Notes under the pieces: generated by a model | Seen by the model: the letters and a program-made list of their open reading frames with translations, nothing else | The model's database searches: none | What the model was told of the DNA's origin: nothing | Translations under genes and position numbers: made by a program | DNA from: Pristiophorus japonicus | Taxonomy: Eukaryota | Assembly (NCBI RefSeq): GCF_044704955.1 | Contig: NC_091987.1 | Coordinates: 200,074,001-200,138,000, forward strand | DNA length: 64,000 nt | Direction of reading: 5' to 3' | Part shown: piece by piece, positions 1-11,700 of the stretch | Layout: every line of letters starts with the position of its first letter | How positions within the stretch are numbered: position 1 is the first letter of the stretch

Positions 1-449
1 CGGCCTCGCCACCTGGCTCTTGAACCCCCCTGCGGAATCCTCAGACAGAAGCCGAGCAACAATATAATAAGAGCCATATAGCCACGCGTAATATTATCGA
101 AAAGACAATTGGAGTGCTGAAGCAGCGCTTTGGATGCTTGGACCACTCGGGAGGCAGGCTGCAATACCACCCTGAGCAGTGGTGTGCTGCATGTTGCATA
201 ATTTAGCCATCATGCGGGGACAGGAATTGCCACAGGGGACTGCGGGACCACCTGAGGAGGGAGTGCAGGAGACGGAGGAGGAAGAAGAGGAAAATGAGGG
301 GGAGTGGGGGAGAGGATGAGTAGGAGCTAAGAGATGAACCCATAGCACCACCGCACCCCCCCCCCCCAACACCACAGCGGAGGGCACACAGAGCGTGTGC
401 CACTGCAAAATTGTTACATCAGCAGCTCATAAATGAACACTTTGCTTGA
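1..449 (+). pseudogene. PIF/Harbinger (HARBI1-like DDE_Tnp_4) transposase, C-terminal part, frameshifted; runs in from the window edge
   Basis: Manual translation gives GLATWLL..PLRNPQTEAEQQYNKSHIATRNIIEKTIGVLKQRFGCLDHSGGRLQYHPEQ..VCCMLHNLAIMRGQELP, an acidic tract, and QQLINEHFA* (TGA 447-449). It is clearly homologous to the 15700..16200 ORF. Confidence 0.9.
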
Positions 450-716
450 ATGTAGAGAGCTGCGTTTTGGGACCCTGATGACTGTTGCCCCAAAAGTTTG
501 ACTCTGTACAAGAGTGCTTAAATTCAATTCAAGCGTTTATGTAAAAATCTCAAAAATATACAACAATTTGTGTAAAACTTAAAATGATAAAACAACAGTC
601 ACAACTTTAACAACTTTAATAACAATTTTAACAAAGCGTTAACAACTTGAATAAACTTTTAAAATCAAACTTCAATTATTAAATGAAGAACTACAACAAA
701 ACACCCTTTACTGTCC

Positions 717-2523
717 TCAACCCTGTCCACGACCGCGTGCTACACCACCCTTGGGACTATTCCCCCCTTTCTTACTCCCGCCCTTCCCTTTCCCAGTGCC
801 CCTGAGCCTGGCCCTCCCCATGCTGGCACCAAGCCGGTATGCAGCACCGCACCCCGAGTGCTGTTGCTGTCGTCGGGGGTCAGACATTGCAGACGCAATA
901 AATGGGGCCTCAGGAGAAGCTCGTGATGTGGAAGGCACGGCTTCAGGGCTGAAAGCTGCTGGCAGCTCCCCACCCTCAGGTGCTGTCGACCTGACTACTA
1001 TGGCATGGGCGGGGGGGGGTTCCGCGCCATGTTCCGATCACGTCGATTGCCTCATGGCGTCGACAGAGTTGGCAGACCGCTCCATCCCGGTGATCAGATG
1101 CGATATATCCTCTGACTGTCGTTCTGATAGAGCCACGATTTTTGCAGCTATCGTAGCCTATGTCGATGCTGGCCTGTGACAGGCGCACCGTGTCCTGGTA
1201 CACACCTACAGTAACCGACATTTCCTGTGCCAACCTCCGTCGCTGCGGCAAAGGTGCTGCAACACTGGGCGGTGCCTTGCTGAGCACCACTTGGTCCCAC
1301 AAAATCAGAGGAGCCATGGGGGAATCCCCTGACTACAGACTCGGTGGTGGGGGATGTTCCACCTGGCCCACATGGAGCTGGTGTATCCTCCTCCATCTCC
1401 ACCCCACCTCCATTCGCTGCAGGATCAGCGGCTCTTCCTCTTCCTCTTCCTCTTCATCTTCTTCATCTCTGTCAGTGGTGAAGTCAGGAGAGGGCTGGGT
1501 AACGCCAGAGGTGGAGGCAGTGGGTCTCTCTGTGTCGGTGTGGTCTGAATCATACGAGTCTGGAAATAAAAAACAACATTTTAAAAAGCTTGGCACCAGG
1601 GTTACATGAGTACATAGTACAGTGACTTATTGCAGTCTTACTTCAATGTCTACCACTGCTGCAGTTCTGCATTACATATCGCAGACAGACAATACATATC
1701 TGCATTGTGTTACATGCCCCCAACATTGCAGTATATCACACGAGGCCAACATTACAGTGCAATAAACTTACATTACATTACATCAGGCCAACATTACAGT
1801 TAGTTACATTATATGACATGAGAGGACCGCAACACAGATCGGGGATTGTATTCAACTTACCATCCTGTGTGAATGGGTCAGCTGCAATGCCGGTGGTAGC
1901 ACGGTTGCTATCCCCGACCAGCGACAGAGCACGGATCTTGATGTCAGTCAGAGGCTCCTGGATTGTGGGTCCTCCCCCCCGTATGCCATTGATCGGCTGC
2001 TATTGCAGATGTCTTCTTCTGCAGAAAGTGAAGTAAATGAAAGTAAAAATCTTCAATCCATTTAACATCACAGACACACAGGTTCACACACACACACACA
2101 TTAAAACACTGCGATGATCCTCTTGTCATTGCCTGAAATCACAAATCCATCACTGTAAGCTGAAGATAAATAATATCATCCGTGTGACACGGAACCTACA
2201 TTTACATGGTACATGGCACATGGGAGGTGCATAAATAAAGTCATTACTTACTCTTGCTACCCTCCCCAGGTCGTTCCACCTACAGCACCTTTCCCCGGTG
2301 CATACCATGGTATTTTTGGAGGATACAGCCTCTCTGATCTCGTCCCATATTCTGTTGTACTCCTTTGGGGGAGGTTTTCTCGACCACCCTTCGTTAGCAC
2401 AGAGTACCTCTCGGTGATATGCTCGGGAAGGGTGGGTAACTCCGTCTCGTCAAAGGCGGGCTCCCTCAACCTCTCATCCTTCTCGATGTTCCAGTGCTTT
2501 GACTTTTTTTTGAGCATTTCCAT
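717..2523 (-). pseudogene. Harbinger accessory Myb/SANT-like DNA-binding protein gene, 3 exons (2523-2252, 2018-1861, 1559-717), with frameshifts
   Basis: Exon 1: RLREPAFDETEL..KPPPKEYNRIWDEIREAVSS..RWNDL then GTAAGT. Exon 2: ctgcAG|KKTSAIAADQWHTGGG..DPFTQD|GTAAGT. Exon 3: tttccAG|, acidic then G/K/R-rich tail. Intron phases (0 and 1) join consistently. Convergent with the transposase. Confidence 0.8.
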
Positions 2524-3768
2524 AATATTTATATTGTTATGATTTTTGATTTGTAAAATATGTCTTATTGGTGATACTGTATAATTATTATTTGTTATGA
2601 ATATATTTTAACTCTGCAATCTGTTATTAAACCAATTGCCCCTCGACTAGCCTGCTGCTCCCTCTCACTCTCTCTCCCTCAACTTCAACTCATTGTGCAC
2701 GCATGGATGACCCCTGACCCCCGAAATCCCAGGTTAAAAACATCTCTGAAAAAAACGAGAGAAAAAAAATCGCGCATGCGCAGTTCAGTGCCGCACCGTC
2801 CATCGGCAAGAAAGTCAACCTGGATCAGTTACAATGTTACCTACCGCCCGCTGCACGCCACCGGCATACTGCCGAGAAAAAATCGACCAAAATTGTGCTC
2901 TTCGATCTCAGCGGTAGTTTGAAACAACGCACCGCCGAGAAATGGGCAGAACTTGTGTAATGACCAATTTTGGGCCCCTTATGTTTTATTGCCAGTTTAA
3001 TGTTCTTATTATTCCATAACCTCACACGGAGCCTTGCAAAACAAACTGGCTTTAAACAATCTACGGTTAACTTCATCATTTAGGAACATTTCATGTGACA
3101 TGGTGCTTCCCAGTTAGGTGAACCTTTCCACTGCACATTGTCTATGCCCTTTGGTGATAGTATTGGATGGTACATAAGGAGAGGAGCTGGGGAGATGCAA
3201 TTAAACTATGCAAAAGCAGGAATAGGTTGGATGCTGGGCAGTTCTTCAAGAGTATTGAGCCTCTGGAATGCATTGTCGCCTTGTGTGGTATGTGCTGCCG
3301 ATGCATGCCTTCAAGAGGGAGCTGGAACAGTTATTGGCTGGGGCAGAGATGGCATCATACAGAAGATAAATGGATTAACAGTTAACGTACACATGTTCAA
3401 TGTGATCTCCTCGACTGGTTTTGATTGCCTGAAGAGATTTTTCAGAATGTTTTTTCTCTTATTGATTGTGGGGTTTTTTCTGTTTTTTTGCCTCACCCAG
3501 GAGATTAAATGGTTTGTGTAAAAGGTGCCCAGTCATGGTACTCCAACTATCCTGCCTGTGGGCAGGCTCGATGGACTCTTGCATGGACTGTACTGTACTT
3601 TGGTCAGAGGGACTCCATATCCTAAAGCACCAATGTAGATGACATAGTTGTGTTTTCACAAATGTCACTTTTTGTAAAATTGTTATGCTGCATAACCTTG
3701 TTGATTTGATTTTATGATCTTCTTCGTTAAAGCTTTGTATATTAGAATAAGGTCTGTGAAGGATAACA

Positions 3769-3990
3769 GGGTAGAGTAGCCTAGTGGTTATGGTACTAGA
3801 TTAGTAACCCAGAGTTGTAAAACCCAACTGGTTCACCAATATCCTTCAAGGAGGGGATCCTGTCAGCCTTGCTCTGGTCCGTCCTAAATGTGACTCCAGT
3901 CCTGTATTACATGGTTGACTCTTAATGACCTCAGAGATTTAAAATAAATGCTGCTTTGCTAGTGTTGTCCACATCCCAGGAACAAAATGA
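3769..3990 (+). mobile_element. Degenerate HE1-like tRNA-derived SINE
   Basis: Box-A-like head gtagcctagtggttatggtactag; tail aataaatgctgctttgctag..ccacatcccaggaa resembles the HER1-like 3' tail at 47270-47360. Confidence 0.5.
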
Positions 3991-4035
3991 AAAAAGTATT
4001 TATTTGCCTTTAAGCAAAATCAAATTACGAGTAAA

Positions 4036-5258
4036 GGGCCGGATTTTTGGCTTTCCGGGTTTTTTGGCGAAAACGGTAGCGATGCGTGAAACTTACCGTT
4101 TGCGCTGCACTACCGTTTTCAGCCTGAACTTTTGGCCTTTACGTCTGCGCCAGGAGCGCATTGGTAAGGGAGGCGTTGCACGAGGATTTGCAGTGCAAAC
4201 CGCAAGTTTCGGCAACTTTAGTCCGGGGCCGGGAGCGCTGCAAGAGAGACCTTGCTTGGGAGGGGGGGAAAAAAAATTTAAAATTCAAAAAAAATTCATA
4301 AACATTTACAAGACCCTTAACTATGTAATCGCTGCAAAACATTTTAAAAAGGGCTAGAATTTCCTATGGCTTCCCGTCCGGTCTCTGGGCAGTATTGGCC
4401 ATTGTGGGCGATAACCAGGTGAGCGAGAAATTCCCTACCTGAGTTACGCCGGTGGCTTCGAGATACCGCTGGGGAGCGGATCGCCAGCGTGCATCATCCT
4501 CGGATCGCCCGGTGCAATATTTGGCTCCGCGGTGACCCGTAGGGTAAGTATGAAAAAAAAATCCCACGAGGATCAGCGGAGCTGGGCGGGAGGTGAGTAG
4601 CTCTGCAAGAGAAAGGTTACTAATTGGTTTTTTTACCTGTTATTTTAAAATTCTGTTGTGTTGATTTAGGTTAGAAAGGTCTTGAGAATGTTTTAATAAT
4701 TTTTTATGTGTTGTTTTTAAAATATATATTTTTAGTGTTTTTCTGCTGCTAGGCCCAACCCGCAACCTCGGGGTAAATTTTTAGTGATTTTTTTAATTTA
4801 TCGTCCATTTTCTTTAGGAACAGCCCAATCGACCCTAAATTTTACTTTTTCAAGGCACATATTTTTCACTGGGAGGATTTTTTTTCTTTTTTGAGGGGAC
4901 GTTTTCGCCGGCGATCATTTTGGGAATCTTAGTGGTGTTTTGGACGGCAATTGGGCACTGGCGGGCTATTAAGAAATTCCAGCCCTTTAACTTGAGCTTA
5001 CCTGTTTTGCAGGTTTTCATACTTACTGCTGCTGGCAGGGCTGTCGGTTTCTGGGCGTGGTGTACGGGAGAGAGCCAAAACTCGGGCGCAATGCAATCTG
5101 AGCCGTTGCACATTGGCGCACCTCTCTCCGCCGATACTTGAAAGCGCCGCCGCAAACAGGTACCCAAGGATCCCGCCTGAGCTTTGCGACCGGGCTTTTG
5201 CTGCGGAGGGTCAAATCGCGGCGAAAACCCGATCGCAAACCTGCTGAAAATCCGGCCC
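4036..5258. mobile_element. Harbinger-type MITE (outer), containing a nested MITE
   Basis: TIRs gggccggatttt (4036) and aaaatccggccc (to 5258); non-coding and CpG-rich. Confidence 0.75.
4351..4985. mobile_element. Harbinger-type MITE (inner, nested)
   Basis: TIRs gggctagaatttc (4351) and gaaattccagccc (to 4985), 13 bp with 1 mismatch, in an AT-rich site of the outer MITE. Confidence 0.75.
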
Positions 5259-5630
5259 ATTGATGCAAATTCCCTATCTTTATTATCCCAGGTTGAGTTT
5301 ATCTTTCCTAAAATGAGCCATGCAGTGATCTCTTTTGCATTTCTACTGGAATTCTTAGTACATGTGGGGGACTTACAGGTAAAGCAGAATTTTCACACGT
5401 TTTGTTGAGTGAATCCGCACAATAATAGCTGCCTATAGTGACACCACTATTCCCGGCCAGAATGGAGATAATTAGGCCATTTCCCCATCGATCATGTCTG
5501 GAAACTGCACTGCTATAAGTGACTGGGATTAATTTTATGCACATAATATGCATCATGTAACCAGCCTTCACTCACTGCAATTTGCTGGAGAAATAATCCT
5601 GCTTTTATCGGGAGACTTTGCTGTAGTTTT

Positions 5631-5780
5631 AAGAACATAAGAACATAAGAAATAGGAGTAGGAGTAGGCCATACGGTCCCTCGAGCCTGCTCTGCCATTC
5701 AATACGATCATGGCTGATCTGATCATGAACTCAGCTCCACTTCCCCGCCCGCTCCCCATAACCCTTTATCCCCTTATCGT
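5631..5780 (-). mobile_element. CR1 LINE 3' end fragment
   Basis: (aagaacat)n tail plus ggccat..ccctcgagcctgctctgccattcaa 3'UTR, as seen in the longer CR1 copies. Confidence 0.85.
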
Positions 5781-6360
5781 CTTGAGTTCTGTTTAAACAG
5801 ACTCTGTTTGCTGTAAAATAGACTACCCTAAGTCCTGCCATAAGTCCCGCCCCCTCCAACTCATTGGCTGATACAGTGCAACTCATTGGCTGACACAGTG
5901 GAGTCAGTCATCACTTTGTACGATAATGGCAGCCTTCACAGCTAGATTGACAAACTGTTTAACATTCCTACCAGTTTAAAAAGCTATTTAACTGCTTGCG
6001 AAGTGTAAATGGATAGTATTATAGATGTGCCATGATTGACCAGTTTTCTAATCAAATTATCATCCATTGAAAAATCACGTGGAAGCATTGTTTAGATTGT
6101 GGCTCATTAAAATCGGAGAAAAAAGCGTAAGTCGCTTTTTTGAAAACAGAGGAACAAGACAGCTTAATTGTCAGTTCAGCTGTGTGAAATCTACTTAGTC
6201 ACACTATCTTCATTCATGAACAGATTATCATTCATCCCAAAGAGCCGCTGCACTTACCGAACTAAGTATCAATGGAACTCCAATTAATACTGAGGATTAA
6301 AGCACTTACTGCTGGTAATAGATCGGATATGGTGCTGACTGAAGTAACAGCTCCAATATA

Positions 6361-6775
6361 TTTTGCTCTTGAAAGGAGAAGACTGAGTGGTGACCTAATG
6401 GAGGTCTATAAAAGTATGAAAGGTTTTGATAGAATAACACGAGTGTTTCCACTTGTGGGAAAGAGCAAAAATAGAGGCCATCAATAAAAGATAGTCACCA
6501 AGAAATCCAACAGGGAATTCAGAAGAAACCTCTTTCCCCAGAGAATGGTGAGAATGTGTAACTCACTGCCACAGGGGGTGGTTGAAACGAATAGTACAGA
6601 TGCATTTAAGGCGAGGCTAGAAAAGCATATGAGGGAGAAGGGAATAGAGGGTTATGCGATAGATTTAGATGAGGAAAGACGGGAGGAGGCTCGAGTGAAA
6701 CGTAAATGTCGCATGGTCTGGTTGGGCTGAATAGCCTGTTTCTGTGCCATATATCCGATGTAATCCGTTCCTATG
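6361..6775 (+). mobile_element. CR1-like LINE 3' fragment
   Basis: ERRRLSGDLMEVYK..VFPLVGKSKNRGH and RMVRMCNSLPQGVVE motifs match the CR1 ORF2 C-terminus. Confidence 0.85.
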
Positions 6776-8391
6776 TAATAAGCTTCGATGAATGGTACCT
6801 GACCAAAGGCATTCTTTAAATGAGCGGTTTGGTTAACTAGCAACTATCATTAATTTTAATTCAGCAGATTTGTTCTGATCCACCTGAAGAAAAACTACTT
6901 TGCTGTAATTATTTCAGGCCGGCCTCAGCTGGGAAGAACCATGAATACAAATGCTGACCTCACACAGCTTGAAGTTAAAATATCAATCAGACCAGCAGGA
7001 TTCCTTTTGAAAATCAATCCACGAAGAAGAAATATGATAGAGAGTCTGCTTTAAACTTCTGTTTTGTGGCATGAAGAGGAAGAATTGGCTGGAAGGAGTT
7101 AAATCGTTCAGTTATTATCAATGGAGCACGCTACTAATCCCAGGCTTGTTTACTAACTGTCACATTTGTGGTTCATAAGCTAATTCATCCAACTTGCACC
7201 ATCGGACTGAATAACACTTCATGGGCAACCACCCAAAGCAGTCATCAGCGTTTACTATTAAAATGTTCCCAAATGCAAATAAAAAGTTATAATTAATCAC
7301 AGTTCTTTGTAATAATTTTCAGATAGGATACTAGCCATGAAACTTGAGCTGTGAAGCAAGCCATACTCTCTGCACCAAATGTACTGCGGTATATTCTGCA
7401 GCCAAAAGGTTAACTTGACTGTTCTCTCCATAGATGCTGCCTGATTTGCTGAGCGTTTCCAGTATTTTCTGCTTTTGTTTCAGGTTTCAAGCATGATCCC
7501 TTTTCTTTTTGACTCTTTGTTTCCATTGGTAATTATAGCCTTTACAGACCTTTTGGCACATCACATAAACAGATTTCAGTCATGAACCAAAACGACTACA
7601 GCAAAAATATCATGAAATGCTTTGTAAATTATAACATTGTCGCACAATTGTTCTATTGAAATACGAAATGTACGGACGGAATGTGCCATAGTAATGATGC
7701 ATTTATGGCTTGTGACATTGTTAACACGGATCCGTTCCAGGAAATAATGGAGTAAGCGAGTTACGTATTGGGGTGCATTGCCTCATAGTTTGCTGACACA
7801 TTTGCGTCGCTCCCAAAGCCAATAAAAGTCCTTCCTCGCCATTCAGCCCTTCTTTGTAGTCAATGGTGATCGATATTTTGCTGGATTTACGCCGTTATTC
7901 ACACCGCAGTCAGTTAAACTGGAAATGCTGGCGTGGGTGCCCTGGTACGTGATTTATGGCCAACACATGACTCTCAGCCTGAGAGGCCAACAAAAGGACC
8001 ATTAAAGCTGTGAAGCCTCACCCCAACAGTCTGGAAATTATTCTAGGAGTATTTTTTTCCTAAATTTCATTTTTTGACAGTTTACTCTTACCAGCTTTGC
8101 CATCCAGACTGCTGCTAGTGTCTGAAGGCAATTACTTTCAGGGCCCTCATCTAGTTCCACAAGTAAGGAAGGTAAAAGCATTGTAATGGCCTAGCCACTG
8201 CACATTCCCCAGTTCCTGATTATTATTATTATGGAGGAGCAGAGGATACAGACGTGGTGATTAAGGCACCATGGTCAGAGACTGAACCAATCACGATCAT
8301 ACGCCACAGAACGTGCACAGGGAATGGATGTCATTTGAGGCATTGTGAAGTGACACATTTTGGTAGGAAGAACGAGGAAAGGCAATATAGG

Positions 8392-8795
8392 CGGTAAGGG
8401 GGGAATCCTGCAAAGAAAGGTAAGTTAAATGTTATTTAATTTTTTTTTTAATTTTACCATGGCGATTAGGGTTAAAACTGTCTTGGAAATGCTTTGTTTG
8501 TGTTTATTTTTTTGAATGAAATTTTTTTTTAAAGTTTTCCCCCCTCTGTAGGCCCAATTAAATTTTTCTACTTACTGTCCATTCCGGTAACGACCACCCA
8601 TTTGTTTAATTTTGCATTTACCCGCCAAGAAAACTGCCGAGAATGAGTGTGCAATGCCCACTTTCTCGCCGAGCAATCAGTTCTACTTACTTTTACCTTC
8701 AAAATGGAAATTCTCGCCCGCTTTTTTCGCCGAACATTAGCGGTCCTTCTCAGTGGGCAATCGGGCACTGAGGGCCTTTATGGAAAGTCTGGCCC
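8392..8795. mobile_element. One-ended Harbinger-type MITE remnant abutting the Gypsy integrase
   Basis: Terminal ggaaagtctggccc (to 8795); internal layout (aggtaag, T-rich stretch, aggccc) resembles 4351-4985; left end missing. Confidence 0.55.
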
Positions 8796-11700
8796 ATAGT
8801 CTTTTATATCACTGCTCAGTCCTGACCAGTAAACGGATTTTCTGGCACGTCGAAGAGTGCTCTCGACGCCAGTGTGAGCAGCATGAAGTTGCTGACAAAT
8901 GTCGCATCTCAGGGATTTTGGTATGACACAGCGATAGCCTTTGAAGACTATGCTATCCTGTGTTGTGCATTCGTGACAAACTTTGAAGTATAAACTAATA
9001 TGGCAGGAGAATGGGAACCTATGCAGGGAGACAGAGTGAAATAAAATGGAGTCAGAAGCAAAAGATAGAAAGGAGAATAGTAAAAGTGGAGGGCAGAGAA
9101 ACCCAAAAAACAAAAAGGGCCACATTACAGCAACATTCTAAAGGGGCAAAGTGTGTTATAAAGACAAGCCTGAAGGCTCTGTGCCTCAATGCGAGGAGTA
9201 TTCGGAAAAAGGTGGACGAATTAACTGCGCAGATAGCAGTTAACTGGTATGATGTAATTGGCATCACGGAGACATGGCTCCAGGGTGACCAAGGCTGGGA
9301 ACTCAACATCCAAGGATATTCAGCATTTAGGAAGGAAAGACAGAAAGGAAAAGGAGGCGGGGTGGCATTGCTGGTTAAAGAGGAAATTAATGCAATAATA
9401 AGGAGGGACATTAGCCTGGATGATGTGGAATTGGTATGGGTGGAGCTGCGGAATTCCAAAGGGCAGAAAACGCTAGTGGGAGTTGTGTACAGACCACCAA
9501 ACAGTAGTACTGAGGTTGGGGCCAGCAACAAACAAAAAATAAGGGATGTGTGCAATAAAGGTACAGCAGTTGTCATGGGCAACTTTAATCTACATATTGA
9601 TCCTGCGAACCAAACTGGTAGCAATGCAGTGGAGGAGGATTTCCTGGAGTGTATTAGGGATGGTTTTATAGAACAATATGTCGAGGAACCAACTAGAGAT
9701 CTGGCCACCCTAGACTGGGTGATGTGTAATGAGAAGGGACTAATTAGCAATCTTGTTGTGCGAGACCCCTTGGGGAAGAGTGACCATAATATGGTAGAAT
9801 TCTTTATTAAGATGGAGAGTGACACATTTAATTTGGAAACTAGGGTCCCGAACTTAAGGAAAGGTAACTTTGATGGTATGAGGCGTGAATTGGCTAGAAC
9901 TAGACTGGCAAAGGATACTTAAAGGGTTGACGGTGGATAAGCAATGGCAAACATTTAAATATCACATGGATGAACTTCAGCACTTGTACATCCCTGTCTG
10001 GAGTAAAAATAAAACAGGGAAGGTGGCTCAACCATGGCTAACAAGGGAAATTAAGGATAGTGTTAAAGCCAAGGAAGAGGCATATAATTTGGCTAGAGAA
10101 AGCAACAAACCTGAGGACTGGGAGAAATTTGGAATTCAACAGAGGAAGACTAAGGGTTTAATTAAGAGGGGGAAAATAGAGTACGAGAGGAAGCTTGCAG
10201 GGAAAATAAAAACTGACTGCAAAAGCTTCTATAAATATGTGAAGAGAAAAAGATTAGTGAAGACAAATGTAGATCCCTTGCAGTCGGATTCAGGTGAATT
10301 TATAATGGGGAACAAAGAAATGGCAGATCAACTGAACAAATACTTCGCTTATGTCTTCACGAAGGAAGACACAAATACCCTTCCAATTTTACTAGGGGAC
10401 AGTAGGTCTAGTGAGAAGAAGGAACTGAAGGATATCCTTATTAGGCGGGAAATTGTGTTAGGGAAATTGATGGGATTGAAGGCCGATAAATCCCCGGGGC
10501 CTGATAGTCTGCATCCCAGAGTACTTAAAGAAGTGGCCCTAGAAATAGTGGATGTATTGGTGATCATTTTCCAACAGTCTATCGACTCTGGATCAGTTCC
10601 TATGGACTGGAGGGTAGCTAATGTAACACCACTTTTTAAAAAAGGAGGGAAAGAGAAAATGGGTAATTATAGACCAGTTAGCCTGACATGAGTAGTGGAG
10701 AAAATGTTGGAATCAATCATTAAGGATGAAATAGCATTTGGAAAGCAATAACAGGATCGGAACAAGTCATCATGTATTTATGAAAGGGAAATCATGCTTG
10801 ACGAATGTTCTGGAATTTTTGAGGATATAACTAGCAGAGTGGACAAGGGAGAACCAGTGGATGTGGTGTATTTGGACTTTCAAAAGGCTTTTGACAAGGT
10901 CCCGCACAAGAGATTGGTGTACAAAATCAAAGCACATGGTATTGGGGGTAATGTACTGACGTGGATAGAGAACTGGTTGGCAGACAGGAAGCAGAGAGTC
11001 GGGATAAACAGGCCCTTTTCAGAATGGCAGGCAGTGACTAGTGGAGTGCCACAGGGCTCAGTGCTGGGACCCCAGCTCTTTACAATATACATTAACGATT
11101 AAGATGAAGGAATTGAGTGTAATATCTCCAAGTTTGCGGATGACACTAAACTGCGTGGCGGTGTGAACTGTGAGGAGGACGCTAAGAGGCTGCAGGGTGA
11201 CTTGGACAGCTTAGGTGAGTGGGCAAACGCATGACAGATGCAGTATAATGTGGATAAATGTGAGGTTATCCATTTTGGGGGCAAAAACACAAAGGTAGAA
11301 TATTATCTGGATGGCGGCAGATTAGGAAAAGGGGAGGTGCAATGAGACCTGGGTGTCATGGTTCATCAGTCACTGAAAATGGGCATGCAGGTACAGCAGG
11401 TGGTAAAGAAGGAAAAAGATATATTGGCCTTCATAGATAGGGGATTTGAGTATAGGAGCAGGGAGGTCTTACTGCAGTTGTACAGGGCCTTAGTGAGGCC
11501 TCACCTGGAATATTGTGTTCAGTTTTGGTATCCTAATCAGAGGAAGGACGTTCTTGCTATTGAGGGATTTGCAGCGAAGGTTCACCAGACTGACTCCAGG
11601 GATGGCTGGACCGTCATATGAGGAGAGACTGAATCAACTCGGCCTTTATACACTGGAGTTTAGAAAGATGAGAGGGGATCTCATAGAAACATATAAGATT

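Larger units (their letters stand above)
1..2978 (+). mobile_element. Harbinger DNA transposon #1 (right part, including right TIR)
   Basis: Two convergent genes, then GC-rich subterminal sequence ending accaattttgggcccc (to 2978) followed by TTA, a PIF/Harbinger-type target trinucleotide. Confidence 0.8.

Noticed and set aside
7400-7500. Possible Penelope-associated repeat or hammerhead ribozyme remnant
   Set aside because: Only a degenerate tail (agatgctgcctga..gctgag) is present; the CTGANGA and GAAA core is not found.
9052-9825. Long antisense ORFs over CR1 (also 19202-19897, 25775-26167, 50475-51314)
   Set aside because: They are shadows of CR1 ORF2 codon structure, recur in every copy and have no independent gene signals.
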